A DNA stretch of 64,000 nucleotides from Chitinophagales bacterium (GTDB lineage: Bacteria; Bacteroidota; Bacteroidia; Chitinophagales; JADJOU01), in the NCBI GenBank assembly GCA_030832185.1, contig JAURJQ010000011.1, forward strand, positions 16,339-80,338, in the 5' to 3' direction. Both the position numbers and the translations under genes were made by a program. Shown here piece after piece: positions 37,258-47,639 of the stretch. Numbering within the stretch: the stretch's first letter is position 1; the number at the start of each line of letters is the position of its first letter. The notes beneath the pieces were generated by a model. That model was not told the origin of the DNA, made no database searches, and was given only the letters and a program-made list of their open reading frames with translations.

Positions 37258-38022
37258 ATGCGAAAAGAGGTTAAAATTTTTATTATTCTTGGTGCTATTT
37301 TTATGGCTAATGTGCTTTTAGCTGAATTTATTGGAGTTAAGATATTTTCGTTAACTAAAACCTTAGGATTACCCAATTGGAGTTATAATTTGTGGGGACA
37401 GTCCATGTCTTTGCAATATACCGCTGGGGTTCTAATATGGCCCGTAGTTTTTATTTTGACAGATATTATTAATGATTACTATGGTAAAAAAGGCGTTCAA
37501 TTTCTCACCTATTTAGCCGTAGCTATTTCTATTTATGCCTTTATAGTAATGAATGCTACTATAAATTTATCTCCTGCAGATTGGTGGAAAAATGTGCAGG
37601 TTGAAAATGGAATTCCAGATTTCAATAAAGCCTACGCCTTGATTTTCGGTCAAGGTAATAATATTATTATTGGTTCTTTATCTGCATTTGTCATAGGACA
37701 GCTCATAGACGTATCTATATTTCAGCGAATGAAAAGAACTCGTGTGGGTAGTAAACTATGGGTAAGAGCGACAATGTCTACTATTGTATCGCAGCTGATA
37801 GATAGCTTTGTCGTCATTTATATCGCCTTTTATTTGGGTCAGAACTGGCCATTATCTCAGGTTTTTTCGGTAGCATTGAATAATTATATTTATAAAGGAC
37901 TTGTTGCAATTCTTATGATTCCAGCTTTACATTTGATTCATTTGGCTATTGAGAACTACTTGGGTAAAGAAAAAGCAGCAGAGTTGAGAGGCCAAGCATT
38001 GAAAAATAGGTTGGATTTTTAA
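37258..38022 (+). CDS. yhhQ: Queuosine-precursor transporter (YhhQ/VUT, DUF165 family)
   Basis: 6-TM protein with WPVVFILTDIINDYYGKKG and SQLIDSFVVIYIAF blocks typical of DUF165. Confidence 0.7.
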   Translation: MRKEVKIFIILGAIFMANVLLAEFIGVKIFSLTKTLGLPNWSYNLWGQSMSLQYTAGVLIWPVVFILTDIINDYYGKKGVQFLTYLAVAISIYAFIVMNATINLSPADWWKNVQVENGIPDFNKAYALIFGQGNNIIIGSLSAFVIGQLIDVSIFQRMKRTRVGSKLWVRATMSTIVSQLIDSFVVIYIAFYLGQNWPLSQVFSVALNNYIYKGLVAILMIPALHLIHLAIENYLGKEKAAELRGQALKNRLDF

Positions 38023-38031
38023 TTTTTTATT

Positions 38032-38039
38032 TATCTTTG
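38032..38039 (+). promoter_or_regulatory. -7 box TATCTTTG for phhA
   Basis: TAnnTTTG match 32 nt upstream of the ATG at 38071. Confidence 0.45.
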
Positions 38040-38070
38040 GTCGTTAGATTGAACACAAAATTCAATACGA

Positions 38071-38802
38071 ATGATTCAAGAATACGATAAATATGTAGAT
38101 GAAGACCATGAAGTATGGTCCATATTATACAAAAGAATGATGGAAATCTTGCCAAAGTATTCCACTAAGGCATATTTGCAAGGTATGCAGGCGGTAGGTC
38201 TTGAAGGACATCGAATTCCTAATTTCAACGATTGCAACGCTAAATTATCAATTATCACAGGTTGGAATATCTATGTAGTGCCGGGATTGATTGATAATAA
38301 ACCATTTTTTCAGCACTTAAGTGCCCGTGAATTTCCATCTAGTACTTGGCTAAGAAAAAAGTCTCAGTTGGAATATCTAGAAGAACCAGATATGTTTCAC
38401 GATATATTCGGTCACGTGCCTTTACTAGCTAATATACATTTTGCCAATTTCCTATCTGAATTAGCTTCTATTGCTTTAGATCACATAGAAAATGAGTGGG
38501 CTGTAGAGATTATTTCAAGGCTATACTGGTACACTGTAGAGTTCGGTCTGATAAGAGAAGATGGAGCACTTAAAGTATATGGTGCCGGCATATTATCGTC
38601 GAGTGGGGAGACTCAGTATTCCATTGATTCAGATAGACCTACTCGAGTGCCATATGATGTAAAAAATATATTTGCTACCCCATATATAAAGGACAAATTT
38701 CAGGAGCAATATTTTGTCATAGATTCTTATGAACAACTTTATAAGAGTATTCCTGAGATTAAATCCGTTTTAGAACAAGAGTTAAAATCCGTTGCTATTT
38801 GA
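38071..38802 (+). CDS. phhA: Phenylalanine 4-monooxygenase (aromatic amino acid hydroxylase)
   Basis: EPDMFHDIFGHVPLL iron-binding motif and YWYTVEFGL block. Confidence 0.9.
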   Translation: MIQEYDKYVDEDHEVWSILYKRMMEILPKYSTKAYLQGMQAVGLEGHRIPNFNDCNAKLSIITGWNIYVVPGLIDNKPFFQHLSAREFPSSTWLRKKSQLEYLEEPDMFHDIFGHVPLLANIHFANFLSELASIALDHIENEWAVEIISRLYWYTVEFGLIREDGALKVYGAGILSSSGETQYSIDSDRPTRVPYDVKNIFATPYIKDKFQEQYFVIDSYEQLYKSIPEIKSVLEQELKSVAI

Positions 38803-38834
38803 TCGAATTCTACTCCACCATTTGATTATTTAAT

Positions 38835-39434
38835 TTGTTAGCATACTTAAAAGGTAAGATTATATCTTGCTCACCTACTTCAGTTATTATGGAGATAGGC
38901 TCTGGCATGGGTTTTGAAGTCCAAATTACCCTCACCACTTACAATTTTCTCAAAGAGAAATCAGACGCACTGATTTACACCTATCTGCATATAAAGAAAG
39001 ATGGGCAGACCTTTTCAGGTTATGATATTTTCGGGTTTAGTGAATATGAGGATAAGATACTATTCGTTCAATTACTTGACGTATCAGGAATCGGCGCGAA
39101 TACTGCCCGTCTCATGCTAAATGCTCTTTCTTATAGCGAGATTCGACGAGCAATTATCTCTGAAGACGAGAGAACCTTATCTGGTATCAAAGGAATAGGA
39201 CCCAAAACAGCAAAGCGGCTAATTCTAGAACTCAAAGATAAGATGCTTAAAGGCTCAGATGCAGATGTGCCAATACTTAAGGCAGAAAATAAAATCAAAG
39301 AAGATGCGTTAATAGCCTTAATAACACTAGGTTATCAAAGAAACAACGTAATGAAGATACTGAATACTATTGAATCGAAGGCTGATGTTAAATCTGTAGA
39401 AGATTTTATAAAGTTAGCGCTCAGGTCTTTATAA
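38835..39434 (+). CDS. ruvA: Holliday junction branch migration protein RuvA
   Basis: (M)LAYLKGKI start read from TTG, and HhH motifs (GIGANTARLML, IKGIGPKTAKRLILEL). Confidence 0.9.
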   Translation: MLAYLKGKIISCSPTSVIMEIGSGMGFEVQITLTTYNFLKEKSDALIYTYLHIKKDGQTFSGYDIFGFSEYEDKILFVQLLDVSGIGANTARLMLNALSYSEIRRAIISEDERTLSGIKGIGPKTAKRLILELKDKMLKGSDADVPILKAENKIKEDALIALITLGYQRNNVMKILNTIESKADVKSVEDFIKLALRSL

Positions 39435-39452
39435 AATTATCTAAGCTAAACG

Positions 39453-42400
39453 GTGAAGGGACTCAAATACTTCAGTTATTTCCTAATTTTATTCCTTTTA
39501 TGGAATGGGGAGGCTTCGTCTCATCTCATGAGTATGTGGCAGAATGCCTACCGGCTAATCCCTCCTCCACAGCGTGATTCCACTAAGTCCACTAAAAAGG
39601 AAGGAAATGAATCTTTTGTGCAGAAAGAAGTAGGTGAAAAGCGAACACAAATTCTACCGCCTCCTAAAAACGTAAAGCGCGAAGTAACATATGATTATAA
39701 GACGAATCTTTATCTCGTAACCGAAAAAGTGGATGGCATCAATATCAAGCCCCCCATGTACCTTACTTATGAGGAATACCTTGCATTGACGGAAAAGCAA
39801 GAATTCGCAGAGTTTGTAGAAGCTAGAAATGCGAATCAGAAGGCAGATGATGTCACTAAAAAGAAAAGTCCTTTAGGGGTGCAGTTTGATTTACCTGCGA
39901 ATGGCATATTCGGAGACGGCCCTGTAGAGATAAAGCCGCAAGGCAATCTTGATATTCTCATGGGCTATCAGCACAATACAATTCGAAATCCCGCCTTGAC
40001 TCCTATTCAGCAGTCGCAAGGATTGATAGATTTCGATATGGGGCTTAATGTGAGTGTCATGGGCAAAATTGGAGATAAGTTTCAAAATACACTGCGATAT
40101 AATAATCAATCAGCTTTTGGATTCGAGGGACAGAGAATAAGACTAGCATACAACGGTAAGGAGGATGAAATTATACGAAATCTAGAGGCAGGCGATGTTT
40201 CATTTGAAGTTCCTACCCAGCTTATCAAAAGTGCTAATTCTCTCTGGGGTATTAAAACTGAACTGCAATTCGGTAAGCTAAATATTAAAACTGTGCTCTC
40301 TCAGCAGCGATCAACGCCTCAATCCAAGACGATAGAAAATGGGAAAGAAATTCAAAATTTTGAAATCACAGTTGATCAATATGATCAATTCAGACATTTT
40401 TTTCTCTGCCATATGTTCAGAGATCATTATGAGAAGTCTTTGGAAAATTATCCGATGATCAATTCTCCATTCCAGGTTACCAATGTAGAAGTATGGGTAT
40501 CGAACAGAAGTAATCTAACTCAGAATGTAAGAGATATAGCTGCGTTCCAAGATATGGGAGAACCTATACCGTACTCAAATAAAATAGTGGGAAGACTAGG
40601 AGCCCTAGCTGGCAATGATGCCAATGATTTATATGAGAGAATCAAATTAGATAATGGAGTGAGAAATGTCAATACAGCTCTACAAACTCTGCAGAATGCA
40701 CCTTATGGATTGGTGGCCTATCGTGATTTTGAAAAAGGATTTCTCAGAAAGTTAAATCCAAATGAATATACTTTAAATTCTCAGCTAGGCTATATTTCCA
40801 TAAATTCCTCTCTACAGCCTAATGATATTTTAGCAGTTTCATTTCAGTATGTGTACAAAGGACAGTTGTATCAAGTTGGAGACTTAACAAGAGATGTTAC
40901 CTTGCCTGATACAAGTAGCCCAGATCCATCTAGACTTTTATTTTTAAAAACCCTTAAGGGTACTAATATTAATCCTAGCTTTCCTATGTGGGATTTGATG
41001 ATGAAAAATGTCTATTCACTTAATGCCTTTCAAATAAGTCCTGAAAATTTCAGATTAGACATATTTTATAATGATCCAGGTGCAGGCGTGAAGCGATACC
41101 TGCCTAAAGGATCGCTGCAGAATGAACCATTAATTCGCACGTTAGGAGTAGATCGTCTGAACCTAAACAATGAACCATTTCCTGATGGGGTATATGATTT
41201 TGTTCCCAATATCACTATACTTCCCAATAATGGAAAAATATATTTTCCAGTATTAGAGCCATTTGGCTCTCATTTGAAGAAAAAATTAGATTTAACAGGT
41301 AATGCAACTTTGGTCAAAGAATATGTTTATCAATATCTCTATGACTCTACCCAGTTTATTGCCCAGCAGTATCCTGAGCTCAATCGATATCTAATAAAAG
41401 GTACGTTTCAATCTTCTACAAATAAGCGAATTCCCCTAGGTCTCAATACTCCAAAAGGCTCTGTTTATGTCACCATGAATGGACAGCGCTTGGTAGAAGG
41501 TATGGATTATATAGTAGAGGACGGAAGTCTAGGCTATGTAGAGCTTATGGATCATGTGATGACTTCTGGTGGTCAAATTAGAATCGAGTATGAAAATAAT
41601 ATGGCTTTTGGTCTTCAGGTTAGAAATTTTTTAGGAGCCAGAGCTGAGTATAGATTTAATGATCGATTTAAAATAGGAACGACATATGAAAAACTTTCGG
41701 AGCGGCCATTTAATAATAAAATAAGCTATGGGGACGATCCTATTAGCAATCAAATTATAGGAGGAGATATCACCTATGCATCTAATATGCCATTTATTAC
41801 AAGTGCTTTAGATGCCCTTCCGTTTTATAAAACAAGTGAGATGAGCACTATCAATGCATATGGAGAATATGCACGACTCATTCCAGGCCATTATAGTTCT
41901 ATAGGGGGTGAGGGTACGATATTTATAGATGATTTTGAGGCATCGAGTATTAATTATGGTTTCGGAAATCCTGCTAACATTTGGAGACTAGCGAGCACGC
42001 CAAGTGGAGCTAGAGATGCAACAGGTAAAATTTTATTTCCAGAGTCTAAACTTTTTGATAGCTTAAGTTATGGATATAATAGAGCGCAGCTATCTTGGTA
42101 TAATATAGCTACTACGTTTTTCTTTAATTCAGGTGTCGGCTGGAATCCGCCAAAGTCAGTTCTCGATGACCTTTACAACCGAAATTATCAAATCCAAGAT
42201 GTGTATCCTGGACGTTTTACCACGGGCATCAATAACTTATTGCAGACGCTAGATCTTAGCTTCTATCCAAAGCAGCGCGGACCTTATAATTATGAATATA
42301 GCAATAGTGCTACGCCAGGCATTTCTCAAGGCATCAATAGAGATGGTAGTTTGAAAGATCCGAAGACACGCTGGGGCGGTATACAAAGATCTCTAGAAAA

Positions 42401-45400
42401 CACTAATTTTGAAGTCAATAACATCGAGTTTATTCAATTTTGGATGCTAGATCCTTTTATTAAAGATAAAAACAACAAAGGAGATATGTATTTTAATATT
42501 GGTTATATCTCTGAGGATGTGTTAAAAGATTCTCGTCTGGCTTTTGAGCAGGGTCTGGTCGATAGAAATGGCGCTAGTTCTAATCTAATTTCTGATTCTA
42601 GATGGAGCTGGATACCCAAGACACAGCCACTGATAAACGGGTTTAGTAATGAACCGAATACGAGACAATTTCAAGATGTAGGTCTCGATGGTGTTTCCAA
42701 TGAGAATGAAAGAGAGAAGTTTAAGCAGTTTCTTGAAAGAGTGAAATTAAACTTAGATCCACAAGCATATACTATTGTGGAGAGTGATCCTTCTACGGAT
42801 GATTTCAAGCATTTTTTAAATCCTTCGCTGCCTCAAATTGATATTGTAGGTCTATATAAATTCTTTAATGGTGTAGACAACAACACACCGATAATCTCTA
42901 CCTCAGGAATCCCTCAGAGTAATTATGGAACACCTGATAATGAAGATATAAATCGGGACAATACCCTTAATGAAAACGAGGCTTATTTTCAATACAGGCT
43001 CAACTTATTTCCAGGTATGGATGTCGGCAATCATCCGTATATAGTCACCAAGACTATCTCAGCAAATGCTTCAGATCCGCAGGGGAATAAAGCAGTGTGG
43101 TATCAATTCAGAATTCCCATCAAAGAATACACTCATAGAGTGGGAGAAATAGGAGATTTTAGAAATATACAATTTGTCCGTATGTTTTTGACCAATTTTG
43201 AAGATAACGTGACGGTCCGTATGGTGGATCTTTCCTTTGTGCGCAATCAGTGGAGAAAGTACACCGGATCTATTCAAGCACCTACAGATTTTATCCCTAG
43301 AGATAATGGTGAAACGGAATTTTTTGATGTAGGTGCCGTGAGTCTAGAAGAGAATGCTAAGAAAAACCCTGTGAGCTATGTGACTCCTCCAGGTATGGTC
43401 CGTGAAGTAGGTTTAAATGCCTCATCTAATCCTATTCAACTCAATGAACAATCTCTTCGTCTAAGTTTCTGTAATCTAAAGGATGGCGATGCTAAGGCTT
43501 GTTTTAAAAATATCAATTTTGATTTTAGACAGTATAAAAAAATCAGAATGTTTGCTCATGCGGAGAATAACGATGCCTTAGCGCTCAATGATATGAAAGA
43601 TGGTGAAGTATCTTATTTCGTGCGTTTAGGAAATGATTTTAAAGACAACTACTATGAATTTGAAATACCGCTAAAGGTATCACCACCCGGAGATTATAAT
43701 GATATAAATGAAGCGCATAAGCGCATAGTATGGCCAGATTCCAATGAAATGATTATTCAAATATCTGAGATGGTCAAGGCAAAATTGGAGCGAAACAAGC
43801 GGAAGTTTCCTACCAATACGCCATTCGTATTTAAAACTCCTGATAATAAAAATATCACCATATTAGGAAATCCAGACCTAGGTATAGTCAAAGTAGCTAT
43901 GATAGGGGTAAGGAATAGAGCAGTCAATGATCCGAACAATTTTATATCCAATGATGATGGACTATCCAAATGCGGGGAAGTATGGGTCAACGAGTTACGT
44001 CTAGAAGGATTAAATGAACAGGGCGGTTCAGCGGCTATTGGTAATGTGGATATTAAACTTGCTGATTTAGGAACTGCACAGTTTTCATCATCTTTTCATA
44101 CGGCTGGCTATGGCCAAATTTACGAAAGGGTCAATGAACGAAAACGAGATGATTATTTTCAATACAATCTTACAACTACCTTACAGTTAGGTAAGTTACT
44201 CCCTAAATTTTTAGGTCTCCAGCTTCCTTTTTATTTGCAGACAGGAAGAGGTGCAAGTCAGCCTCAATTTGATCCGTATGCATCTGACGTGCTTTCAGAG
44301 CAAGGAGTAGATGCTATTAAATTAGCCTATGGAAATGATAGTGCCGCAAGATATCAAGAAGCTATCCAGACTATAGATAGACGCTTTGGCTTCAATTTTA
44401 CTAACGTCCGATATATGCCGGTTAAACCTACTAATAGCTCTTTTCCTCTGGCACTTCGATTCTTTTCTGCCTCCTATTCTTTCAATTCTATCCGCAGGTC
44501 TAGCCCATTTGTTAAAGATGATTGGCAGCGCACCTATTCAGGAAATTTGAGCTACAACTATGCGTCTCAGCCAAAGTATATAGAACCTTTTAAGAAACTA
44601 ATAAAAGCAAAATCAAGAGCTTGGGATTGGGCGAAATCTATAAATTTTAATTTATTACCCAATAGTATAACTTTTACTAATCAAATAGATCGAGGTTTCG
44701 GAACATTTCAGCAGCGGCAGCTTCCTGGAGAGACTTTTTCTATGCCTGAGCAGTTTATCAAGACATTTACATGGAATCGAAATTATGGATTTGACTATAA
44801 TCCATTTAGACCTTTAAATATAAACTTCACCGCAAATAATCAAGCACGGATTGATGAACCTCAAGGTAGAATCGATACTAAACCTAAAGAAGATTCTTTA
44901 TGGAAAAGCATTAAAGAATTTGGCAGAGCGACTGCATATAATCATACGCTCAGTGGAAAGTATAATCTTCCTATAAATAAAATCCCTGCCTTAGATTTTC
45001 TTACATCAAGTGTCACATATGGATCTGGATTTAATTGGAGTACGGGACCCCAGATTTTCAATATGAATGGAGAATTGGTTCAGAGTCCACAAGGAAATAT
45101 TATTAATAATACGCAGAGTATAGGTACCAATCTAAACATTAAGATGTCGAAGCTTTACAGTAAAATACCCTTACTAAAAAATGCTGATATAGACAAAAAT
45201 TCTAGTATGGCAAATATGACAAAGGAGCAGAAGGAGTCTAGAAATGACGCTATAAATATGGAACGTGATAATCTGCATAAACAATATGATAAATTGTTAG
45301 AAGATTTAGATAAGCTTAGGAAAGAAAAAAAGGCAATAAAACGAGCAGATAGTATGACTAGGGAGGTCAAAAAACCTCTTTTAAAGAATGTAAAAAAGCG

Positions 45401-46925
45401 TATCAAAGAAATGCGCAAAATGAAGCGCGAGCTAAGTAAAAAGCTATCCAATACTATGGTTATTCCAGGTTTGGTCAAAGCAGTAACGCAGCCACTGATG
45501 GCGGTGCGTGATATAGATGCTTCCTATAATATAGAAAATAGTACAACTATAGCTGGCTATACGCAGAGACCTCGTTATTTAGGTATAGATTTTAACGAAG
45601 CAGATCATTTAGATCCTGGATTCGTTTTGGGTATGCAGCCCGGCATTCCACTATTTGCTCCACCAGATAAGTATGAGCGATGGCGCTGGTTAGAAGAGTT
45701 TGCTGATAAAGGTTTTATGACTAAGGATACCACATTTAATCAACCATTTACCCAGTCCAATGCAAAGCGTTTTAAAGCTCGAGTAAGTTTAGAGCCTTGG
45801 AGAAATATTCGAATTAGCCTCAATTGGGAATCAGAATATACCCAGAATTTTACTGAGTTTTTTATTTATAATCCTCAGACCGATCAGTTTGAACATAGAA
45901 ATCCATTAGAATCTGGAGCCTATTCATATTCCGATGTTAATTTGTTTTCTTCATTTAAGGGTATAAAAAACGATGGTAGAAGCGAAAATGTCAATACGAT
46001 GGATAAAAATCGCGAGATCTATGCCCAGATATTTCAGCAGAATAATCCCAATAGAATCAATCAACAATATATCGATCCACTGACGAATCAGTTAAATCCA
46101 AATTTTTGGCAAGGTTATGGTCCTTTGCAACAAGATGTCCTTGTGAACTCTTTCTTGACGACCTACAGAGGCGAGCGAGCTTCTGGTGGGGAACGAAATC
46201 TAAGTCCATTTTCTAGATTACCATTACCCAACTGGAATATACAATATAATGGCTTGACGCAGATCCCAGTTTTCAAAAAAATCTTTGAATCATTTACTAT
46301 CAAGCATGGATATAATTCTAGAACTACCATTGCTAATTATAATTCAGATTTTAGATATGAAGGAGGTGGAGCTATCAATAATCCTATAAAATTAGACAGT
46401 CTAAATAATAATTTTATTCCCCTATATTTTCTGCCTAGTGTGGGTTTTAACGAGAGCTATAGTCCATTATTGGGTATAGATTTTACATTAAAGAATAAAA
46501 TGAATTTCCGATTTGAATATAAGAAAAGTCGAATGGTATCTATGAGTCTTATAGATTATCAGTTAACAGAGAACGTCAATTCAGGAATTACCTTTGGGTA
46601 TGGTTTCCAGACCCAGGCTATTATACTTCCTTTTTCAGATTACGAAGGAAAGAATGTTGTATTGAAAAATGGGGCTAGAATATCCTGTGATGTGACCTAT
46701 ACAGATAATTTTATAGTTAATCACAGAGTAGGTCAGGATATTCGAATACCGGTGGGAGGAGCTATTCGATTGATGATAAATCCTAAGGTGGATGTGCAAG
46801 TCAATGAGAAGTTTAATTTACAGTTGTTCTACAATTATGTATATAACGAACCTCGTATTTCCAATGCATTCCCTATGATTAATGGAGCTGCGGGTATGAG
46901 AATGTCTTTTTCATTGGCACCATAG
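39453..46925 (+). CDS. sprA: Type IX secretion translocon protein SprA (Sov)
   Basis: 2490 aa with a GTG start and signal peptide. The giant beta-barrel-type sequence has size and N-terminal region typical of Bacteroidota SprA, and the ruvA-sprA adjacency fits. Confidence 0.85.
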   Translation: MKGLKYFSYFLILFLLWNGEASSHLMSMWQNAYRLIPPPQRDSTKSTKKEGNESFVQKEVGEKRTQILPPPKNVKREVTYDYKTNLYLVTEKVDGINIKPPMYLTYEEYLALTEKQEFAEFVEARNANQKADDVTKKKSPLGVQFDLPANGIFGDGPVEIKPQGNLDILMGYQHNTIRNPALTPIQQSQGLIDFDMGLNVSVMGKIGDKFQNTLRYNNQSAFGFEGQRIRLAYNGKEDEIIRNLEAGDVSFEVPTQLIKSANSLWGIKTELQFGKLNIKTVLSQQRSTPQSKTIENGKEIQNFEITVDQYDQFRHFFLCHMFRDHYEKSLENYPMINSPFQVTNVEVWVSNRSNLTQNVRDIAAFQDMGEPIPYSNKIVGRLGALAGNDANDLYERIKLDNGVRNVNTALQTLQNAPYGLVAYRDFEKGFLRKLNPNEYTLNSQLGYISINSSLQPNDILAVSFQYVYKGQLYQVGDLTRDVTLPDTSSPDPSRLLFLKTLKGTNINPSFPMWDLMMKNVYSLNAFQISPENFRLDIFYNDPGAGVKRYLPKGSLQNEPLIRTLGVDRLNLNNEPFPDGVYDFVPNITILPNNGKIYFPVLEPFGSHLKKKLDLTGNATLVKEYVYQYLYDSTQFIAQQYPELNRYLIKGTFQSSTNKRIPLGLNTPKGSVYVTMNGQRLVEGMDYIVEDGSLGYVELMDHVMTSGGQIRIEYENNMAFGLQVRNFLGARAEYRFNDRFKIGTTYEKLSERPFNNKISYGDDPISNQIIGGDITYASNMPFITSALDALPFYKTSEMSTINAYGEYARLIPGHYSSIGGEGTIFIDDFEASSINYGFGNPANIWRLASTPSGARDATGKILFPESKLFDSLSYGYNRAQLSWYNIATTFFFNSGVGWNPPKSVLDDLYNRNYQIQDVYPGRFTTGINNLLQTLDLSFYPKQRGPYNYEYSNSATPGISQGINRDGSLKDPKTRWGGIQRSLENTNFEVNNIEFIQFWMLDPFIKDKNNKGDMYFNIGYISEDVLKDSRLAFEQGLVDRNGASSNLISDSRWSWIPKTQPLINGFSNEPNTRQFQDVGLDGVSNENEREKFKQFLERVKLNLDPQAYTIVESDPSTDDFKHFLNPSLPQIDIVGLYKFFNGVDNNTPIISTSGIPQSNYGTPDNEDINRDNTLNENEAYFQYRLNLFPGMDVGNHPYIVTKTISANASDPQGNKAVWYQFRIPIKEYTHRVGEIGDFRNIQFVRMFLTNFEDNVTVRMVDLSFVRNQWRKYTGSIQAPTDFIPRDNGETEFFDVGAVSLEENAKKNPVSYVTPPGMVREVGLNASSNPIQLNEQSLRLSFCNLKDGDAKACFKNINFDFRQYKKIRMFAHAENNDALALNDMKDGEVSYFVRLGNDFKDNYYEFEIPLKVSPPGDYNDINEAHKRIVWPDSNEMIIQISEMVKAKLERNKRKFPTNTPFVFKTPDNKNITILGNPDLGIVKVAMIGVRNRAVNDPNNFISNDDGLSKCGEVWVNELRLEGLNEQGGSAAIGNVDIKLADLGTAQFSSSFHTAGYGQIYERVNERKRDDYFQYNLTTTLQLGKLLPKFLGLQLPFYLQTGRGASQPQFDPYASDVLSEQGVDAIKLAYGNDSAARYQEAIQTIDRRFGFNFTNVRYMPVKPTNSSFPLALRFFSASYSFNSIRRSSPFVKDDWQRTYSGNLSYNYASQPKYIEPFKKLIKAKSRAWDWAKSINFNLLPNSITFTNQIDRGFGTFQQRQLPGETFSMPEQFIKTFTWNRNYGFDYNPFRPLNINFTANNQARIDEPQGRIDTKPKEDSLWKSIKEFGRATAYNHTLSGKYNLPINKIPALDFLTSSVTYGSGFNWSTGPQIFNMNGELVQSPQGNIINNTQSIGTNLNIKMSKLYSKIPLLKNADIDKNSSMANMTKEQKESRNDAINMERDNLHKQYDKLLEDLDKLRKEKKAIKRADSMTREVKKPLLKNVKKRIKEMRKMKRELSKKLSNTMVIPGLVKAVTQPLMAVRDIDASYNIENSTTIAGYTQRPRYLGIDFNEADHLDPGFVLGMQPGIPLFAPPDKYERWRWLEEFADKGFMTKDTTFNQPFTQSNAKRFKARVSLEPWRNIRISLNWESEYTQNFTEFFIYNPQTDQFEHRNPLESGAYSYSDVNLFSSFKGIKNDGRSENVNTMDKNREIYAQIFQQNNPNRINQQYIDPLTNQLNPNFWQGYGPLQQDVLVNSFLTTYRGERASGGERNLSPFSRLPLPNWNIQYNGLTQIPVFKKIFESFTIKHGYNSRTTIANYNSDFRYEGGGAINNPIKLDSLNNNFIPLYFLPSVGFNESYSPLLGIDFTLKNKMNFRFEYKKSRMVSMSLIDYQLTENVNSGITFGYGFQTQAIILPFSDYEGKNVVLKNGARISCDVTYTDNFIVNHRVGQDIRIPVGGAIRLMINPKVDVQVNEKFNLQLFYNYVYNEPRISNAFPMINGAAGMRMSFSLAP

Positions 46926-46962
46926 TTATTTTAGAGTTTAATAAAGTCATTTCTGTAATTCA

Positions 46963-46993
46963 AAGAATTAGGTGTGTAAATTCTTCTTTTTTT
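46963..46993 (+). terminator. Intrinsic terminator after sprA
   Basis: Stem AAGAATT / AATTCTT, 9-nt loop, then cttttttt. Confidence 0.55.
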
Positions 46994-47045
46994 ATTGCGA
47001 AACTTTGAATAAGGTGAAATTCATTTATACTAAAAGATTTGAAAA

Positions 47046-47639
47046 TCAATAGAGTATTGTATTTTTTTGAATCCTAAACAACTCGTTCCATACCTTACTC
47101 GTGGGTAATCCCATGACATTGTAATAGCATCCCTGAATTTTTTCGATGCCAATCATACCTATGAATTCTTGAATGCCATACGACCCGGCTTTGTCTAGGG
47201 GAGAATATTTTTCTATGTAATAGAGAATATCCTGAGGAGATAAACTATTAAAATATACATCAGTTTTATCTTCGATTTCTATACATTTATCTTGCCAGTA
47301 TATAGCTACTCCGGTGATAACAGTATGAGCCTTATTGGATAAAAGCTCAAGCATAATTTTGGCTTCATTCACATCTTTTGGTTTGCACAATACATTGGCT
47401 TCGCAAATGACTATGGTATCTGCTGTGAGTAGAATATCATCTTTGAGTTGCAGTCGAGATTTCAAATCATTCGCTTTCAGCTTCGCTAGATAGAGCGGTA
47501 TTTTTTCTAAAGCTAAATCTGCAGGATATATTTCTTCTATATCAGATTTGATAATCTCAATTTCTCCTGACCAAATAGAGGAGAGGAGTTCTTTCCTTCT
47601 AGGAGATCCCGATCCTAATATAATTTTTGTATCAAACAT
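47046..47639 (-). CDS. maf: Maf-family nucleoside triphosphate pyrophosphatase
   Basis: IILGSGSPRRKELL motif and a ...DKAGSYGIQ... block. Confidence 0.9.
   Translation of the reverse strand: MFDTKIILGSGSPRRKELLSSIWSGEIEIIKSDIEEIYPADLALEKIPLYLAKLKANDLKSRLQLKDDILLTADTIVICEANVLCKPKDVNEAKIMLELLSNKAHTVITGVAIYWQDKCIEIEDKTDVYFNSLSPQDILYYIEKYSPLDKAGSYGIQEFIGMIGIEKIQGCYYNVMGLPTSKVWNELFRIQKNTILY

Noticed and set aside
45155-45478. SprA segment rich in Lys/Glu (…KEQKESRNDAINMERDNLHKQYDKLLEDLDKLRKEKKAIKR…KKRIKEMRKMKRELSKK) with a 107-aa antisense ORF. I considered an inserted element or repeat.
   Set aside because: The reading frame of sprA is continuous, and there are no nucleotide repeats or flanking direct repeats. 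It looks like a charged coiled-coil linker. Without an alignment to other SprA proteins I cannot call it an insertion.
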